Shown here one piece after another: positions 38,573 to 48,462 of a stretch of 64,000 nucleotides of DNA. Under the pieces are notes generated by a model. That model saw nothing but the letters and a program-made list of their open reading frames with translations. It did no database searches and was not told the origin of the DNA. Origin of the DNA: Candidatus Latescibacterota bacterium (lineage in GTDB: Bacteria; Latescibacterota; UBA2968; GCA-2709665); the NCBI GenBank assembly GCA_965208835.1, contig OZ242358.1:4896001-4960000 (forward strand). The letters are read 5' to 3'. Within the stretch, counting starts at the first letter, position 1. The number at the start of each line of letters is the position of its first letter. A program made the position numbers and the translations under genes.

Positions 38573-40585
38573 TCAATCGATTAACAATGGCGCCAGAACC
38601 AGCGAGACAACGGACATGAGCTTGATCAATATGTTCAGCGAGGGGCCGGAGGTGTCCTTCAGCGGATCGCCCACGGTGTCGCCGACGACCGCGGCCTTGT
38701 GGGCGTCGGAGCCCTTGCCTCCGAAATTGCCCTCTTCGATGTGCTTCTTGCCGTTGTCCAGCACGCCGCCGCTGTTGGCCATCATCAGCGCCATGAGCAT
38801 GCCGCTCAACAGCGCCCCGGCCAGCATGCCGCCGAGCGCTTCCTTGCCGAGGATGAATCCGACCAGGACGGGCGTGAGCACGGCAACGATCCCGGGCGGC
38901 ACCATTTCCCGCAGGGCCGCGACCGTACTGATATCCACGCAGCGCCGTGTGTCGGGTTTGCCGGTGCCTTCCATCAATCCGGGGATCTCCCGGAACTGCC
39001 GGCGGACCTCTTCCACCATCCTGAATGCCGCCCGTCCCACCGAGGTCATGGTCTGCGCGGCCACGAGGAACGGGATGGAGCCGCCGATGAACAGGCCGAT
39101 TACCACCATCGGCGAGGTGAGGTTGATCACCTCCAGCTTCACGGTCGACGCATAGGCGGAGAACAGGGCCAGGGCCGTGAGGGCGGCCGAACCGATGGCG
39201 AAGCCCTTGCCGATGGCCGCCGTGGTATTGCCCAGCGCGTCCAGGCCGTCGGTAATCTTCCTGGTCTCCGGCCCGAGTTCGGCCATTTCGGAAATGCCGC
39301 CCGCGTTGTCCGCGATGGGCCCGTACGCGTCGACGGCCATGGTGATGCCCACGGTTGCCAGCATTCCCACGGCCGCGATGCCGATGCCGTATAGTCCGGC
39401 GAAGTGATAGGCGAACCCGATGGCGGCGCAGATGCACAGTACGGGCAGAAAGGTGCTCTGCATGCCGATGGCCAGGCCCGAGATGATATTGGTGGCGGGG
39501 CCGGTTTCAGACGATTCGGCCACTTTTCCTACCGGTGGGCCGCCGGTGTAGTATTCGGTGAGAAGGCCGATCAGAATGCCGGTGAGACCGCCCAGCAGGA
39601 TCGCCCAGAACACGCCCTCGGAGAGGCCCATGCCGTCCACCGCGAAATAGCTGCCGGCGAACATGACGCCCGCGGCCACGAAAGAAGCGTAGCGGAGGGC
39701 GGCCGCGGGACTGAAGCGCTGCAGGACCTGCATCGCCAGCACGCCGATCAGCGACGCCACCAGGCCGATGGTGGCCACGATGAGCGGCAGCTGCATGGCC
39801 GTCAGCTTCACGACCTCGACGTCAAATACGGAACTGCCGGCCAGCGTGGGTATCAGCGCCGGCGCCGCCGTGGCCGCAATGGCGATGGTCGCCACGATGG
39901 ATCCGACGTAAGACTCGAAGATGTCGGCCCCCATCCCGGCCACGTCGCCCACGTTGTCGCCCACGAAATCGGCGAGCGCCGCGGGGTTTCGCGGATCGTC
40001 CTCGGGAATGCCGGCCTCCACCTTGCCGACGAGATCGGCGCCCACGTCGGCCGTTTTGGTATAGATTCCGCCGCCCACGCGCGCAAAGAGGGCAATCGAA
40101 CTGGCGCCCATCGCGAACCCGTTGATGATCACCGCCTGTTCCGCGTTACCGTACAGAAGGAACAGCACGCCCACACCCAGCAGGCCCAGGCTGGCCACGG
40201 AGAGGCCCATCACCGTTCCGCCGGAAAACGCCACGCTCAGCGCGGTTGCCTGCCCCTCCTGGTTGGCGGCATACGCGGTGCGCACGTTGGCCTTGGTGGC
40301 TGCTTTCATCCCGAAAAAACCGGCGCATATCGAACAGATTGCGCCGGCCAGAAAGGCGAAGGCCGTGCTGAAGGGCCTGATGCCGATCGAAAGCAGGATG
40401 AATACCGCCACGACGAAGATCGCAAGCACGACGTATTCGCGCTTCAGAAACGCCATGGCGCCTTCGTGGATGGCATCCGAAATCTCCCGCATCCGGTCCG
40501 TACCGGCCGGTTTACGGGTAATCAGGATGTACACCAGGCCGGCGACCAGCAACCCGGCGATCCCAAATATTGGCGTCCAGAACAT
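38573..40585 (-). CDS. hppA: Membrane-integral pyrophosphatase, K+-dependent type (probable Na+-PPase)
   Basis: [60 protein letters not shown]. Confidence 0.93.
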   Translation of the reverse strand: MFWTPIFGIAGLLVAGLVYILITRKPAGTDRMREISDAIHEGAMAFLKREYVVLAIFVVAVFILLSIGIRPFSTAFAFLAGAICSICAGFFGMKAATKANVRTAYAANQEGQATALSVAFSGGTVMGLSVASLGLLGVGVLFLLYGNAEQAVIINGFAMGASSIALFARVGGGIYTKTADVGADLVGKVEAGIPEDDPRNPAALADFVGDNVGDVAGMGADIFESYVGSIVATIAIAATAAPALIPTLAGSSVFDVEVVKLTAMQLPLIVATIGLVASLIGVLAMQVLQRFSPAAALRYASFVAAGVMFAGSYFAVDGMGLSEGVFWAILLGGLTGILIGLLTEYYTGGPPVGKVAESSETGPATNIISGLAIGMQSTFLPVLCICAAIGFAYHFAGLYGIGIAAVGMLATVGITMAVDAYGPIADNAGGISEMAELGPETRKITDGLDALGNTTAAIGKGFAIGSAALTALALFSAYASTVKLEVINLTSPMVVIGLFIGGSIPFLVAAQTMTSVGRAAFRMVEEVRRQFREIPGLMEGTGKPDTRRCVDISTVAALREMVPPGIVAVLTPVLVGFILGKEALGGMLAGALLSGMLMALMMANSGGVLDNGKKHIEEGNFGGKGSDAHKAAVVGDTVGDPLKDTSGPSLNILIKLMSVVSLVLAPLLID

Positions 40586-40597
40586 AAAACCCTCCAG

Positions 40598-40897
40598 AAA
40601 TCGGGGAGACGGAAGACGTTAGACGGGAGAGGATCCCACCCCGGCCCACCACCTGGTGAGACGTAAGCCGGGAGAGGTTAGAAAACCACACCCCGCCCCA
40701 CCACCTGGTGAGACGCAAGACGTGAGACGTTAGAGATTTCCTGCCCTGTGAGGTTTCCTCTCGTGCCGGAGGCAAGAAGGATTAGAATATAGGGCAAGGG
40801 CTTCTTCTCCCGTCTACCCTCTCACCTCTACCCGCATTTCTTCTACCGTCTACCCTCTTACCTCTACCCGCATTTTTTTTACCGTCTCCCCGCTTTT
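40598..40897 (+). repeat. Heptamer-armed hairpin element, copy K
   Basis: Two ACCAC...CACCTGGTGAGACG modules, core and extended right arm. Confidence 0.85.
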
Positions 40898-41453
40898 ACG
40901 AATTGTACCTATTCATCGCCTCGTCGATTCCGCATTCCATCCAGCATTCCACGCCGCCGGCGGCTTCGCGGATCCCCGCGTCCACCGCGTCCCACTCATC
41001 GTCTTCGAACCGGCTGAGGACGTGTTCGACCCGGTCCGCGCCATCGGGCGGCGCGCCGATGCCCACTCGCAATCTGGGAAACGCCGCGGAACCTGCGAGG
41101 TCGATAATCGATCCCAGGCCATTGTGGCCCCCGTCGCTGCCCCGGCGCCGCAGCCGGATCCGGCCCAGATCCAGGTGAACGTCATCCGCAACCACCAGGA
41201 CGTCCCCGATATCGACGTCGAACCGATCCTGAACATCCGCAACCGCAACGCCGCTGCGATTCATGAAGGTAACGGGTTTCACCAGCAACAACGCGCCGGA
41301 TCCCTTCGCGATCCGGCAAAAAAAATACCAGGCGCCTTCCGACCAGGTTCCCTTCAGCCTTTCCGCCAGCAGATCCACCACCCGATAACCCAGGTTGTGG
41401 CGGGTATGAGCGTATTCGGAACCCGGGTTGCCCAGACCCACGACAACCTTCAC
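40896..41453 (-). CDS. pth: Peptidyl-tRNA hydrolase
   Basis: VGLGNPGSEY..TRHNLG, KPVTFMNRSG, GGHNGL, RLRVGIG. Confidence 0.96.
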   Translation of the reverse strand: MKVVVGLGNPGSEYAHTRHNLGYRVVDLLAERLKGTWSEGAWYFFCRIAKGSGALLLVKPVTFMNRSGVAVADVQDRFDVDIGDVLVVADDVHLDLGRIRLRRRGSDGGHNGLGSIIDLAGSAAFPRLRVGIGAPPDGADRVEHVLSRFEDDEWDAVDAGIREAAGGVECWMECGIDEAMNRYNS

Positions 41454-41464
41454 GGAAAACCTCC

Positions 41465-41624
41465 AAAGGCGGGTAGACGTAAGACGTAAGAGGGGAGAGA
41501 TTTCCAGCCTTGTAAGGATTCTATTCGTGCCGGTGGCAGAAAGGAAAAACACACCGGGCAAGGATATCATCTACCGTCTAACGTCTTACCTCTACCCGCA
41601 TTTTTTCTACCGTCTCCCCACCGC
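41465..41624 (+). repeat. Heptamer-armed hairpin element, copy L
   Basis: Core CCAGCCTTGTAAGGATTCTATTCGTGCCGGTGGCAG. Confidence 0.85.
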
Positions 41625-42307
41625 TATTCCTCCTCTTCCTCCTCGTCCCTCTTGCCGCGTTCGATGACCTCGGGCTCCTGCATCTCTTCGTCTTCCTCGA
41701 GCACCTCTTCCTCTTCCTCTTCGACCTGGGCAATGGACGGCGGGACCACCACGAACACGGATCTGTCGCCGTCGGTGACGATCTCCACGTCGCCCGTGAC
41801 ACTCAGATCTGAAACGTGCACAGAGTCGCCTATATCCAGATTCGTAACGTCGAAGTTTATACTTTCAGGGATCTCGGCGGGCAGACACGACACCTCCAAC
41901 TGGTGCAGCAATTGCTCCAGTATACCGCCCTCCGTGCGGACGCCGGCCGGTATGCCTTCGGATTCGACACGGACTTCGACGACGATTTTCTGGGTGAGCG
42001 AGATCCGGTAGAAATCCGCGTGGAGGAGATGCCCGTCCACGGGATGGCGCTGAAGCTCCTTGACGATGGCGGTGTCCTCGGACTGCTCTTCTCCGTTGCC
42101 CACAACCAGGGACAGAAGCGAATTCCGACCATGCTCGTGAAGGACCGTTGACAACTCCTTCGCGTCGACCGAGCAGGCGACCGGCGCGCTCCTGTCGCCA
42201 TAGACGACCGCCGGAATCCTCCCGGTACGCCGCATGCGCCTCGCGTCGCCCTTACCGGTTCCGGTGCGTACCGCGGCCTGCAAACTTACACCGTCATTGC
42301 CAGCCAT
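41624..42307 (-). CDS. rplY: 50S ribosomal protein L25/Ctc
   Basis: RRTGRIPAVVYG, QRHPV..HADF, GGILEQ. Confidence 0.95.
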   Translation of the reverse strand: MAGNDGVSLQAAVRTGTGKGDARRMRRTGRIPAVVYGDRSAPVACSVDAKELSTVLHEHGRNSLLSLVVGNGEEQSEDTAIVKELQRHPVDGHLLHADFYRISLTQKIVVEVRVESEGIPAGVRTEGGILEQLLHQLEVSCLPAEIPESINFDVTNLDIGDSVHVSDLSVTGDVEIVTDGDRSVFVVVPPSIAQVEEEEEEVLEEDEEMQEPEVIERGKRDEEEEEE

Positions 42308-42351
42308 TTACAGAACCTCCCCAAAAGCTGTTCCATTTTATCATTAATATA

Positions 42352-42422
42352 CTGCCGGGCAGGGATTCGAACCCCGATAAACGGCTCCAAAGGCCGCTGT
42401 CTTACCCTTAGACGACCCGGCA
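42352..42422 (-). tRNA. tRNA-Gln(TTG), CCA not encoded
   Basis: TGCCGGG acceptor stem, anticodon loop CTTTGGA, GGTTCGAATCC T-arm. Confidence 0.95.
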
Positions 42423-42427
42423 TCACC

Positions 42428-42692
42428 AAACGGTGAGACGTAAGACGTTAGAGGACCACACCCCACCACCTGGTGAGACGTGAGCCGGGAGAGGGTAGAG
42501 AACCAAACCCCGCCCGCCACATGGTGAGACGTGAGCCGGGAGACGGGAGAGATTACCTGCCTTGTGACGATTCTTATCGTGCCAAAGGCAAGGAGGAATA
42601 TCTCAGCTGGCAAGGATTTCTTCTACCGTCTTACGTCTACCCTCTACCCGCGTTTTTTCTACCGTCTCCCCTCTACCCTCTCCCCGCCTTTA
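42428..42692 (+). repeat. Heptamer-armed hairpin element, copy M
   Basis: Core CCTGCCTTGTGACGATTCTTATCGTGCCAAAGGCAAG. Confidence 0.85.
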
Positions 42693-42706
42693 CGAATTGT
42701 ATCTAT

Positions 42707-43576
42707 TCATCGACGCGGCCGGTAGCGACACAGATAGACACGACGCCCACGGCCCCGCACACGAGGAACCGCGGCCGAAGCCTCCCGGGCCTCGCGAAAA
42801 ACCCCGAAGAGCGTGGAGCCGCTGCCCGAAACCGAACTGGCGACCGCGCCCGAGGCGGCCAGCGCTTCAAGGATCGGCGCCACGCCGCTGCCGGCGGCTT
42901 CCACGAGCGGAAGAAAATCGTTTTCCAGACAGGCAAACAATCGGCCCGCGCAGATCCGGCCGGATTTTTCCGCAAAGTCCAGAAATGTACCATACGCCCC
43001 TGATTCTGTCAAGCCAATTCTCACGTTTTGGTACGCCCGGGCCGTGGATACCGGGAACCCCGGATACACCAGCACATACCAGAATTCGTCCTCCCAATCC
43101 ACCGGCCGGATCCGCTCGCCGCGCCCCGTCGCGATCGCCGTGCCGCCGGTCAGGAAGAACGGGACGTCGGACCCGAGTTCCGCGGCGAGACCGGACAATC
43201 GTCCCGGACCCAGGCGCAATCCCCAGAGCCGGTCCAGCGCGCGCAGGGTTGCGGCCGCGTTGGAACTCCCGCCGCCGAGACCGGCGCCCGTTGGAATGCG
43301 TTTGTCCAGGTCCACGCGCACACCCCGGTTGGCGCCCGTTTCGCGGCGGAGGACCTCCACGGCGCGGGAGACGAGATTCTCCGGGCCCGCGGGGACGTCC
43401 GGATGATCGCACCGGACCAGCGTCTCGCCGGCGGCGGCGGGCGTGAACGTCAGGCGGTCGCACAGGTCCACCGTTTGAAGAACGGAGACGATATCGTGGT
43501 AGCCGTCCTTCCGGCGGCGAAGGACCTTCAGGCCCAGGTTCAGCTTTGCGGGCGCGATTTCGATTTCGGGATGCAA
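42707..43576 (-). CDS. ispE: 4-diphosphocytidyl-2-C-methyl-D-erythritol kinase
   Basis: APAKLNLGL, KRIPTGAGLGGGSSNAA, LGSDVPFF, SGSGST. Confidence 0.95.
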   Translation of the reverse strand: MHPEIEIAPAKLNLGLKVLRRRKDGYHDIVSVLQTVDLCDRLTFTPAAAGETLVRCDHPDVPAGPENLVSRAVEVLRRETGANRGVRVDLDKRIPTGAGLGGGSSNAAATLRALDRLWGLRLGPGRLSGLAAELGSDVPFFLTGGTAIATGRGERIRPVDWEDEFWYVLVYPGFPVSTARAYQNVRIGLTESGAYGTFLDFAEKSGRICAGRLFACLENDFLPLVEAAGSGVAPILEALAASGAVASSVSGSGSTLFGVFREAREASAAVPRVRGRGRRVYLCRYRPRR

Positions 43577-43619
43577 ATCAACATACCTCGCAAATCGGCG
43601 TCACACGGAGACACCAAGA

Positions 43620-43935
43620 AAACCTGGTGAGACGTGAGCCGGGAGAGGTTAGAAAACCACACCCCGCCCCACCACCTGGCGAGACGCAAGACGGGAGACG
43701 GGAGAGATTTCCAGCCCTGTAAGGATTCTTCTCGTGCCGGAGGCAAGAAGGAAAAATAGGTGGGGCAAAGATATCTTCTATCGTCTACCCTCTTACCTCT
43801 ACCCGCCTTTCTTCTACCGTCTACCCTCTTACCTCTACCCTCTACCCGCATTTTTTCTACCGTCTCACCTCTACCGTCTACCCGTCTCTCAACGACCTCT
43901 CTCCCCGGCCCTCTCTCCTAAAGGTAAGAGGGAGC
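43620..43935 (+). repeat. Heptamer-armed hairpin element, copy N, followed by CCTCTCTCCCCGGCCCTCTCTCC hairpin
   Basis: Core shared with copies D and G. Confidence 0.85.
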
Positions 43936-44436
43936 AAGCCACGAAAACCGGCCTCACACGGAGACACGAAGGCACAAAGGGAAACCATTAAACAGCGACA
44001 AGGCGGGCACCCACAAGGGGTGCCCCTACAAACACAACGACGGCGTTCCGAGGGCAGGATGCCCTCGCTACCGGGGACCCCTCTCCCCAACCCGCAGAAA
44101 CGGGTAGACGACACCGCACGCCACGGTATTCCGCTCTCCTCAGCAATCCGCTTCCATTCGAATCTTGCGAGCGTCCCACTACAGAAGTGACAGATGTCAA
44201 AGTTACCGCCGCTTCTTCCTTCTTCCTTCTTCCTTCTTCCTTCAGGAAGGGGGTCAGGGAGTAGGTCGCGCCCATGATAACGCCCCGCGCGGTTCTGTCA
44301 AACGCCAAACCGCTGCGGCGGGCCAATGGGTCTGCCAATCTTGCAGGCGACGGCAGCCGGGAAAACCTCACGCATAGAAGCCGATCCACGCACGTTCCGA
44401 ATGCGGTGCGCGTGCCGGCGGGTTCAAAGTCAGGGG

Positions 44437-44465
44437 TTGACGTCCCACCGCAAATTCGATAAATT
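44437..44465 (+). promoter_or_regulatory. Candidate sigma70 promoter TTGACG-17-TAAATT
   Basis: About 50 nt upstream of the TPR gene start. Confidence 0.5.
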
Positions 44466-44514
44466 GAGATTGTCTGTCACGCGACACCCCAATCATCCAT
44501 AACCTCTATAAAAT

Positions 44515-47500
44515 ATGGATATTTCACGCATTTTCAATGCACCCGCGCCGTTGCCGCGTTTCCTTCGGGCCTCGGCCATCGGTCTCTGCGTTCTGTTTGC
44601 CTGGTCCGCGCCGGTTGCTGCACAGGGCGCCGAAGGAGAGCGCGAGAGTTTCGAACTCGCGCAACGGCTCTTCGACAACCGGGATTATGCCAATGCGGCG
44701 CAGGAGTTCCGGCGCTTCATCGCCGGATACCCCGCAAGCGCGCGGCTTCCGTCGGCACGCTATCAACTGGGAGAGGCCCATTTTCTTGGCGAACAGTACA
44801 GACAGGCCGTGGAAGCGTACGATGACTTTCTCGTGCGCTATCCCGGAGGCCTCGAAGCCGCCCCGGTGATGCGGCGGAAGGCCGTAGCGCTCGAACGGCT
44901 TTCCGAATACGCAATGGCGGGAGCGGCCTTCCGGGAAGCGCACGACCGTTTCCCTGCGGGGAAACACGCCGCCAGGAACCTCCTCGCATCGGGAATGAAC
45001 TTCCAAAAAGCGAACGATCCGGACGCCGCCGGGAAGGCGTTCGGCGCGCTGGCCGTGAATTTTCCGCAATCCGACCTCGCAGCGGAAGCCAACTTCAACT
45101 GGGGGCTCGTTCTTCTGGACGCCGGACGCCCCGAACAGGCGCTGAACCGGTTCAGGACGATAACGGCGCCGGGGGCCGATTCCAAGTGGGCCCCGGACGC
45201 CCTGCTGCAAACAGGCAAAATCGCGCTGGGCATGAAGGACGCAAAAGAGGCGGAGGCGGTCTTCGGCAGGCTGCGCAGGGCCTACCCGCACAGTTCCGCG
45301 GCTGGAGCGTCCTACCTGGCGCAGGCCGCCTGGTTCGAAAGCATGGGAAACTGGTCCAGGGCCGCCGAGATTTACGGGCTCGCAAGGAACAGCCTTCCAC
45401 AAAGCGAGGGCCGCCAGCAGGCGGTACTGGGCCTTGCCAACGCCTGGCGCGAACTTGGACGCGCGACCGAGGCGCTCGCGCTATTCACCGAGTTCATCAA
45501 CGTCCATGCCGCCGGCCCCCACCTGGACCGCGCCTGGCTGGGTCTGGGGCGCGCCCACGCCGATCTCGGTCAATACCGGGAGGCGCAGAACGCGTTCCGC
45601 CGTCTCCGTGAACTCTATCCGGAATCGGAAGCCGGCATTCAGGCGTACGCGGAGATGGGCGACGTCTGGCGCGCCGCGGGGGCCCCGCAGAGGGCATTGA
45701 GAGCCTACCGGGCCTACGCTGAGCGGATGGAAGCCCCCGGCGCCCGGGCATCGGCCCGGCTGAGGATCGGGCGCACGTACGAACAGGACCTGGGGTGGCA
45801 CGACCTCGCGCTGGCGACCTACCGCGACCTGGTGGCAACGGCCCAGGCCGCGGTCGCCGGCGAGGCGCAGTTCGGCATCGCCCGCATCCTGGATCGCACC
45901 GGACCGGCGGGCCCGGCCATTCGCGAGTACCATTCCTATCTGAAGAGATACCACAGGCGCGCCGCCGAAGCCCAGAACCGCATCCGGTACCTGCGGGAAT
46001 TCGGACGCGATTCCACCGGCATACCGCCGGCCGAACTCGCCGCGCTGCTTTCGAATCTCCCGGCAATCGCATCCGATCCGTACGCCCAGTTCGTTCTAGG
46101 CCGGTTCCTTCACGGCCGCAGGCAATATCCGGAGGCCGCCGAAAAACTCGCCGCGGCGCTATCGACGGATTCCCCGCAGGCGTTCGCGGCCGAAGCAACC
46201 TGGCTTCTTGGCGAGAGCGCCCTGAAAATGGCGCGGAAATCGGGGCTGCAGGGGCGGCCGGATACGGCATCCGTCTGGCTCGACAGGGGTTTCGCTGCGC
46301 TCCGGGAGGTTGAAGCGGGACATCCCGAAAGCGAGTACGCGGACGATGCCGCCCTTCTGCGCATCGAAACCGAATTCCGGGAGGCGGACCCGGATTCGGC
46401 GCTGGCGCGGCGCAAAGTGGCGGTATATGGCGAATTCAAAGAGGACTACCCCAGTTCCGACCGCCTCGACCGGGCGCTGCTGGCCATGGCCGACGCCATG
46501 CGAACACTGGGCGGGATCCAGCCCGCATGGATCGACACCGCCCTGACGACCTACCGTGGCATCCGGCAGGCATATCCTGAGAGCCCGGCCGCGGAACGGG
46601 CAGCCTACGGCATCGGCCTCTGCCAGGCGTTGAAGAAAGACCACGCGGCGGCCGAGGAGACGCTGCGCGATTTCCTCTTCGAGTTTCCGGAAAGCGATCT
46701 GGAGGGCCACGCCAGGTACCAGCTCGGCCGTATCCTCCTGGACCGGGGGTTCCCGCGCAGCGCGGCGGACGACCTGACCGAGCTTCTCGCAGGCCCCGCA
46801 CCGCCCGAACTGGCGCGGTCCGCGCGGGACCTGCTGGCCGAGAGTTATTTCAGAGCCGGTGACTACCGGCGCGCCATCGACGTCGGCGTTGAACTGCTGT
46901 TACTCGGGCCGGACGGGCCCGCTTTAGGGCGGCTCGCGCGGTCCTACGAGGCAAACGGACAGGCGGCGGAAGCCATCGAAACCTGCAAGGCCCTGCTGGA
47001 CGCTTTTCCGAACGCCGCTTACGCCGACAGCTTTGCATATGCCAGGGCCCGGCTTCTGGCGAAACTCGAGCGGAAATCCGAAGCCGTGTCGGCCTTCAAG
47101 GCGTTCCCGGAACATTATCCCGAGAGCCCGCTCAGGGCCGTAGCGGGCAAGACCCTCGCCTCCCTCCTGTTCGACACCGAAGACTACCAGGGCGCGCTCG
47201 CGGCCCTCGCGCAGGTACCGGCGGACGCGCGGGACGAGTCGGTTGCGGGGCGCGAAGTCCTCAGCCTGTACCGCCTCAAACGGGTGCAGGAGGCGAAGAA
47301 GGCATCGGGCGGATTCAAGAAGACCTACCCGAACAGCCGTGAATGGCTCGCCCGGTTCCAGAACGAAGAGGGCAGATATTATCTGAACGCCGGCAATTTC
47401 AAGAAGGCCCGCCAGATTTTCGAGGGTGTGGTCAGGAAACATCCAGGCGGGGAGGCCGCGGCCGAAGCCGCGTACTATCGCGTCAGGACGCTTAAAAGGG

Positions 47501-48207
47501 AAGGTCCGAAGGAAGCCTACCGCGAGGCGCTCGCCGCCTTTGTCAAGACCCGTTCAGGCAGCCGCCACTGGCCTGCCGCGGCCCTGGCGTTGGCCGATAT
47601 CCTTTATGATTCGGGCGATTACGAAAGGGCGTCCAGGGCCTACCGGAACGTGCTTGAGGCCGGCCTGACTCCCGAAGAAACGCCCAAGGTGCTGTCCAGG
47701 CTGATGAAGGTGTACAGACGCCTGAAACTGTTCGATACGGCGATCGCCTACGCCAACCGGCTCGTTCAGGAGTATCCCGGACACCCCCTTGCAACGGACG
47801 TCCGCATAGAAATCGGAATCATGCTGTCCGACAACAAGGAGTTCGGGCGGGCAATCGCCTGGCTGACCCCGTTGCTGAAAAACGCCGAGGAAGACGACTG
47901 GTCGACCATCCAGTACTGGCTCGCCGAGAGCCATTTCGGCCTGGGAGACTTCGAACGTGCGAAACGGGAATACCTCAAGCTCAAATACCAGTTTCAGGGT
48001 AGCACGCAATGGCTGGCGAGCGCACAGGACGGCCTCGCCAACTGTTACGAAGCCCAGGGGAACTATAATGAAGCGATCCGGGAACTGAAGGACATCCAGC
48101 GGCGGGAGGGCGCCGCCAGCGACTTCGGTCTGCAGGCCGGGAAACGCATCGAAATGCTGAAGGCGCTGCTTGACAGCAGCCAGGAATCCGACACGCCCGC
48201 GGAGTAA
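44515..48207 (+). CDS. Large periplasmic tetratricopeptide-repeat protein (BamD/YbgF-type TPRs)
   Basis: Signal peptide; repeated 'YP.S..A..A...LG' units along 1230 aa. Confidence 0.85.
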   Translation: MDISRIFNAPAPLPRFLRASAIGLCVLFAWSAPVAAQGAEGERESFELAQRLFDNRDYANAAQEFRRFIAGYPASARLPSARYQLGEAHFLGEQYRQAVEAYDDFLVRYPGGLEAAPVMRRKAVALERLSEYAMAGAAFREAHDRFPAGKHAARNLLASGMNFQKANDPDAAGKAFGALAVNFPQSDLAAEANFNWGLVLLDAGRPEQALNRFRTITAPGADSKWAPDALLQTGKIALGMKDAKEAEAVFGRLRRAYPHSSAAGASYLAQAAWFESMGNWSRAAEIYGLARNSLPQSEGRQQAVLGLANAWRELGRATEALALFTEFINVHAAGPHLDRAWLGLGRAHADLGQYREAQNAFRRLRELYPESEAGIQAYAEMGDVWRAAGAPQRALRAYRAYAERMEAPGARASARLRIGRTYEQDLGWHDLALATYRDLVATAQAAVAGEAQFGIARILDRTGPAGPAIREYHSYLKRYHRRAAEAQNRIRYLREFGRDSTGIPPAELAALLSNLPAIASDPYAQFVLGRFLHGRRQYPEAAEKLAAALSTDSPQAFAAEATWLLGESALKMARKSGLQGRPDTASVWLDRGFAALREVEAGHPESEYADDAALLRIETEFREADPDSALARRKVAVYGEFKEDYPSSDRLDRALLAMADAMRTLGGIQPAWIDTALTTYRGIRQAYPESPAAERAAYGIGLCQALKKDHAAAEETLRDFLFEFPESDLEGHARYQLGRILLDRGFPRSAADDLTELLAGPAPPELARSARDLLAESYFRAGDYRRAIDVGVELLLLGPDGPALGRLARSYEANGQAAEAIETCKALLDAFPNAAYADSFAYARARLLAKLERKSEAVSAFKAFPEHYPESPLRAVAGKTLASLLFDTEDYQGALAALAQVPADARDESVAGREVLSLYRLKRVQEAKKASGGFKKTYPNSREWLARFQNEEGRYYLNAGNFKKARQIFEGVVRKHPGGEAAAEAAYYRVRTLKREGPKEAYREALAAFVKTRSGSRHWPAAALALADILYDSGDYERASRAYRNVLEAGLTPEETPKVLSRLMKVYRRLKLFDTAIAYANRLVQEYPGHPLATDVRIEIGIMLSDNKEFGRAIAWLTPLLKNAEEDDWSTIQYWLAESHFGLGDFERAKREYLKLKYQFQGSTQWLASAQDGLANCYEAQGNYNEAIRELKDIQRREGAASDFGLQAGKRIEMLKALLDSSQESDTPAE

Positions 48208-48462
48208 GGCCGGCATATTCGGAAAACGAATACGATCTACCCAATCAACCTCAACTTGAGAAAAGATCACCGTCAAATTGGCCACAAAAAGCACAGAAGG
48301 TACCGGTGCAAAACGGGGTATTGAGGTCGTCCGGAAGGACAATTTTTCGGTTCACGTAAAGTGACCTGGTTTATCCTGGTAATCCGCCTTCTAATCGCCT
48401 TTATTAACTAACACTTCTTCGAATTAACGTCCACGAAGACTTACGAATCATGGTTGAACGCC

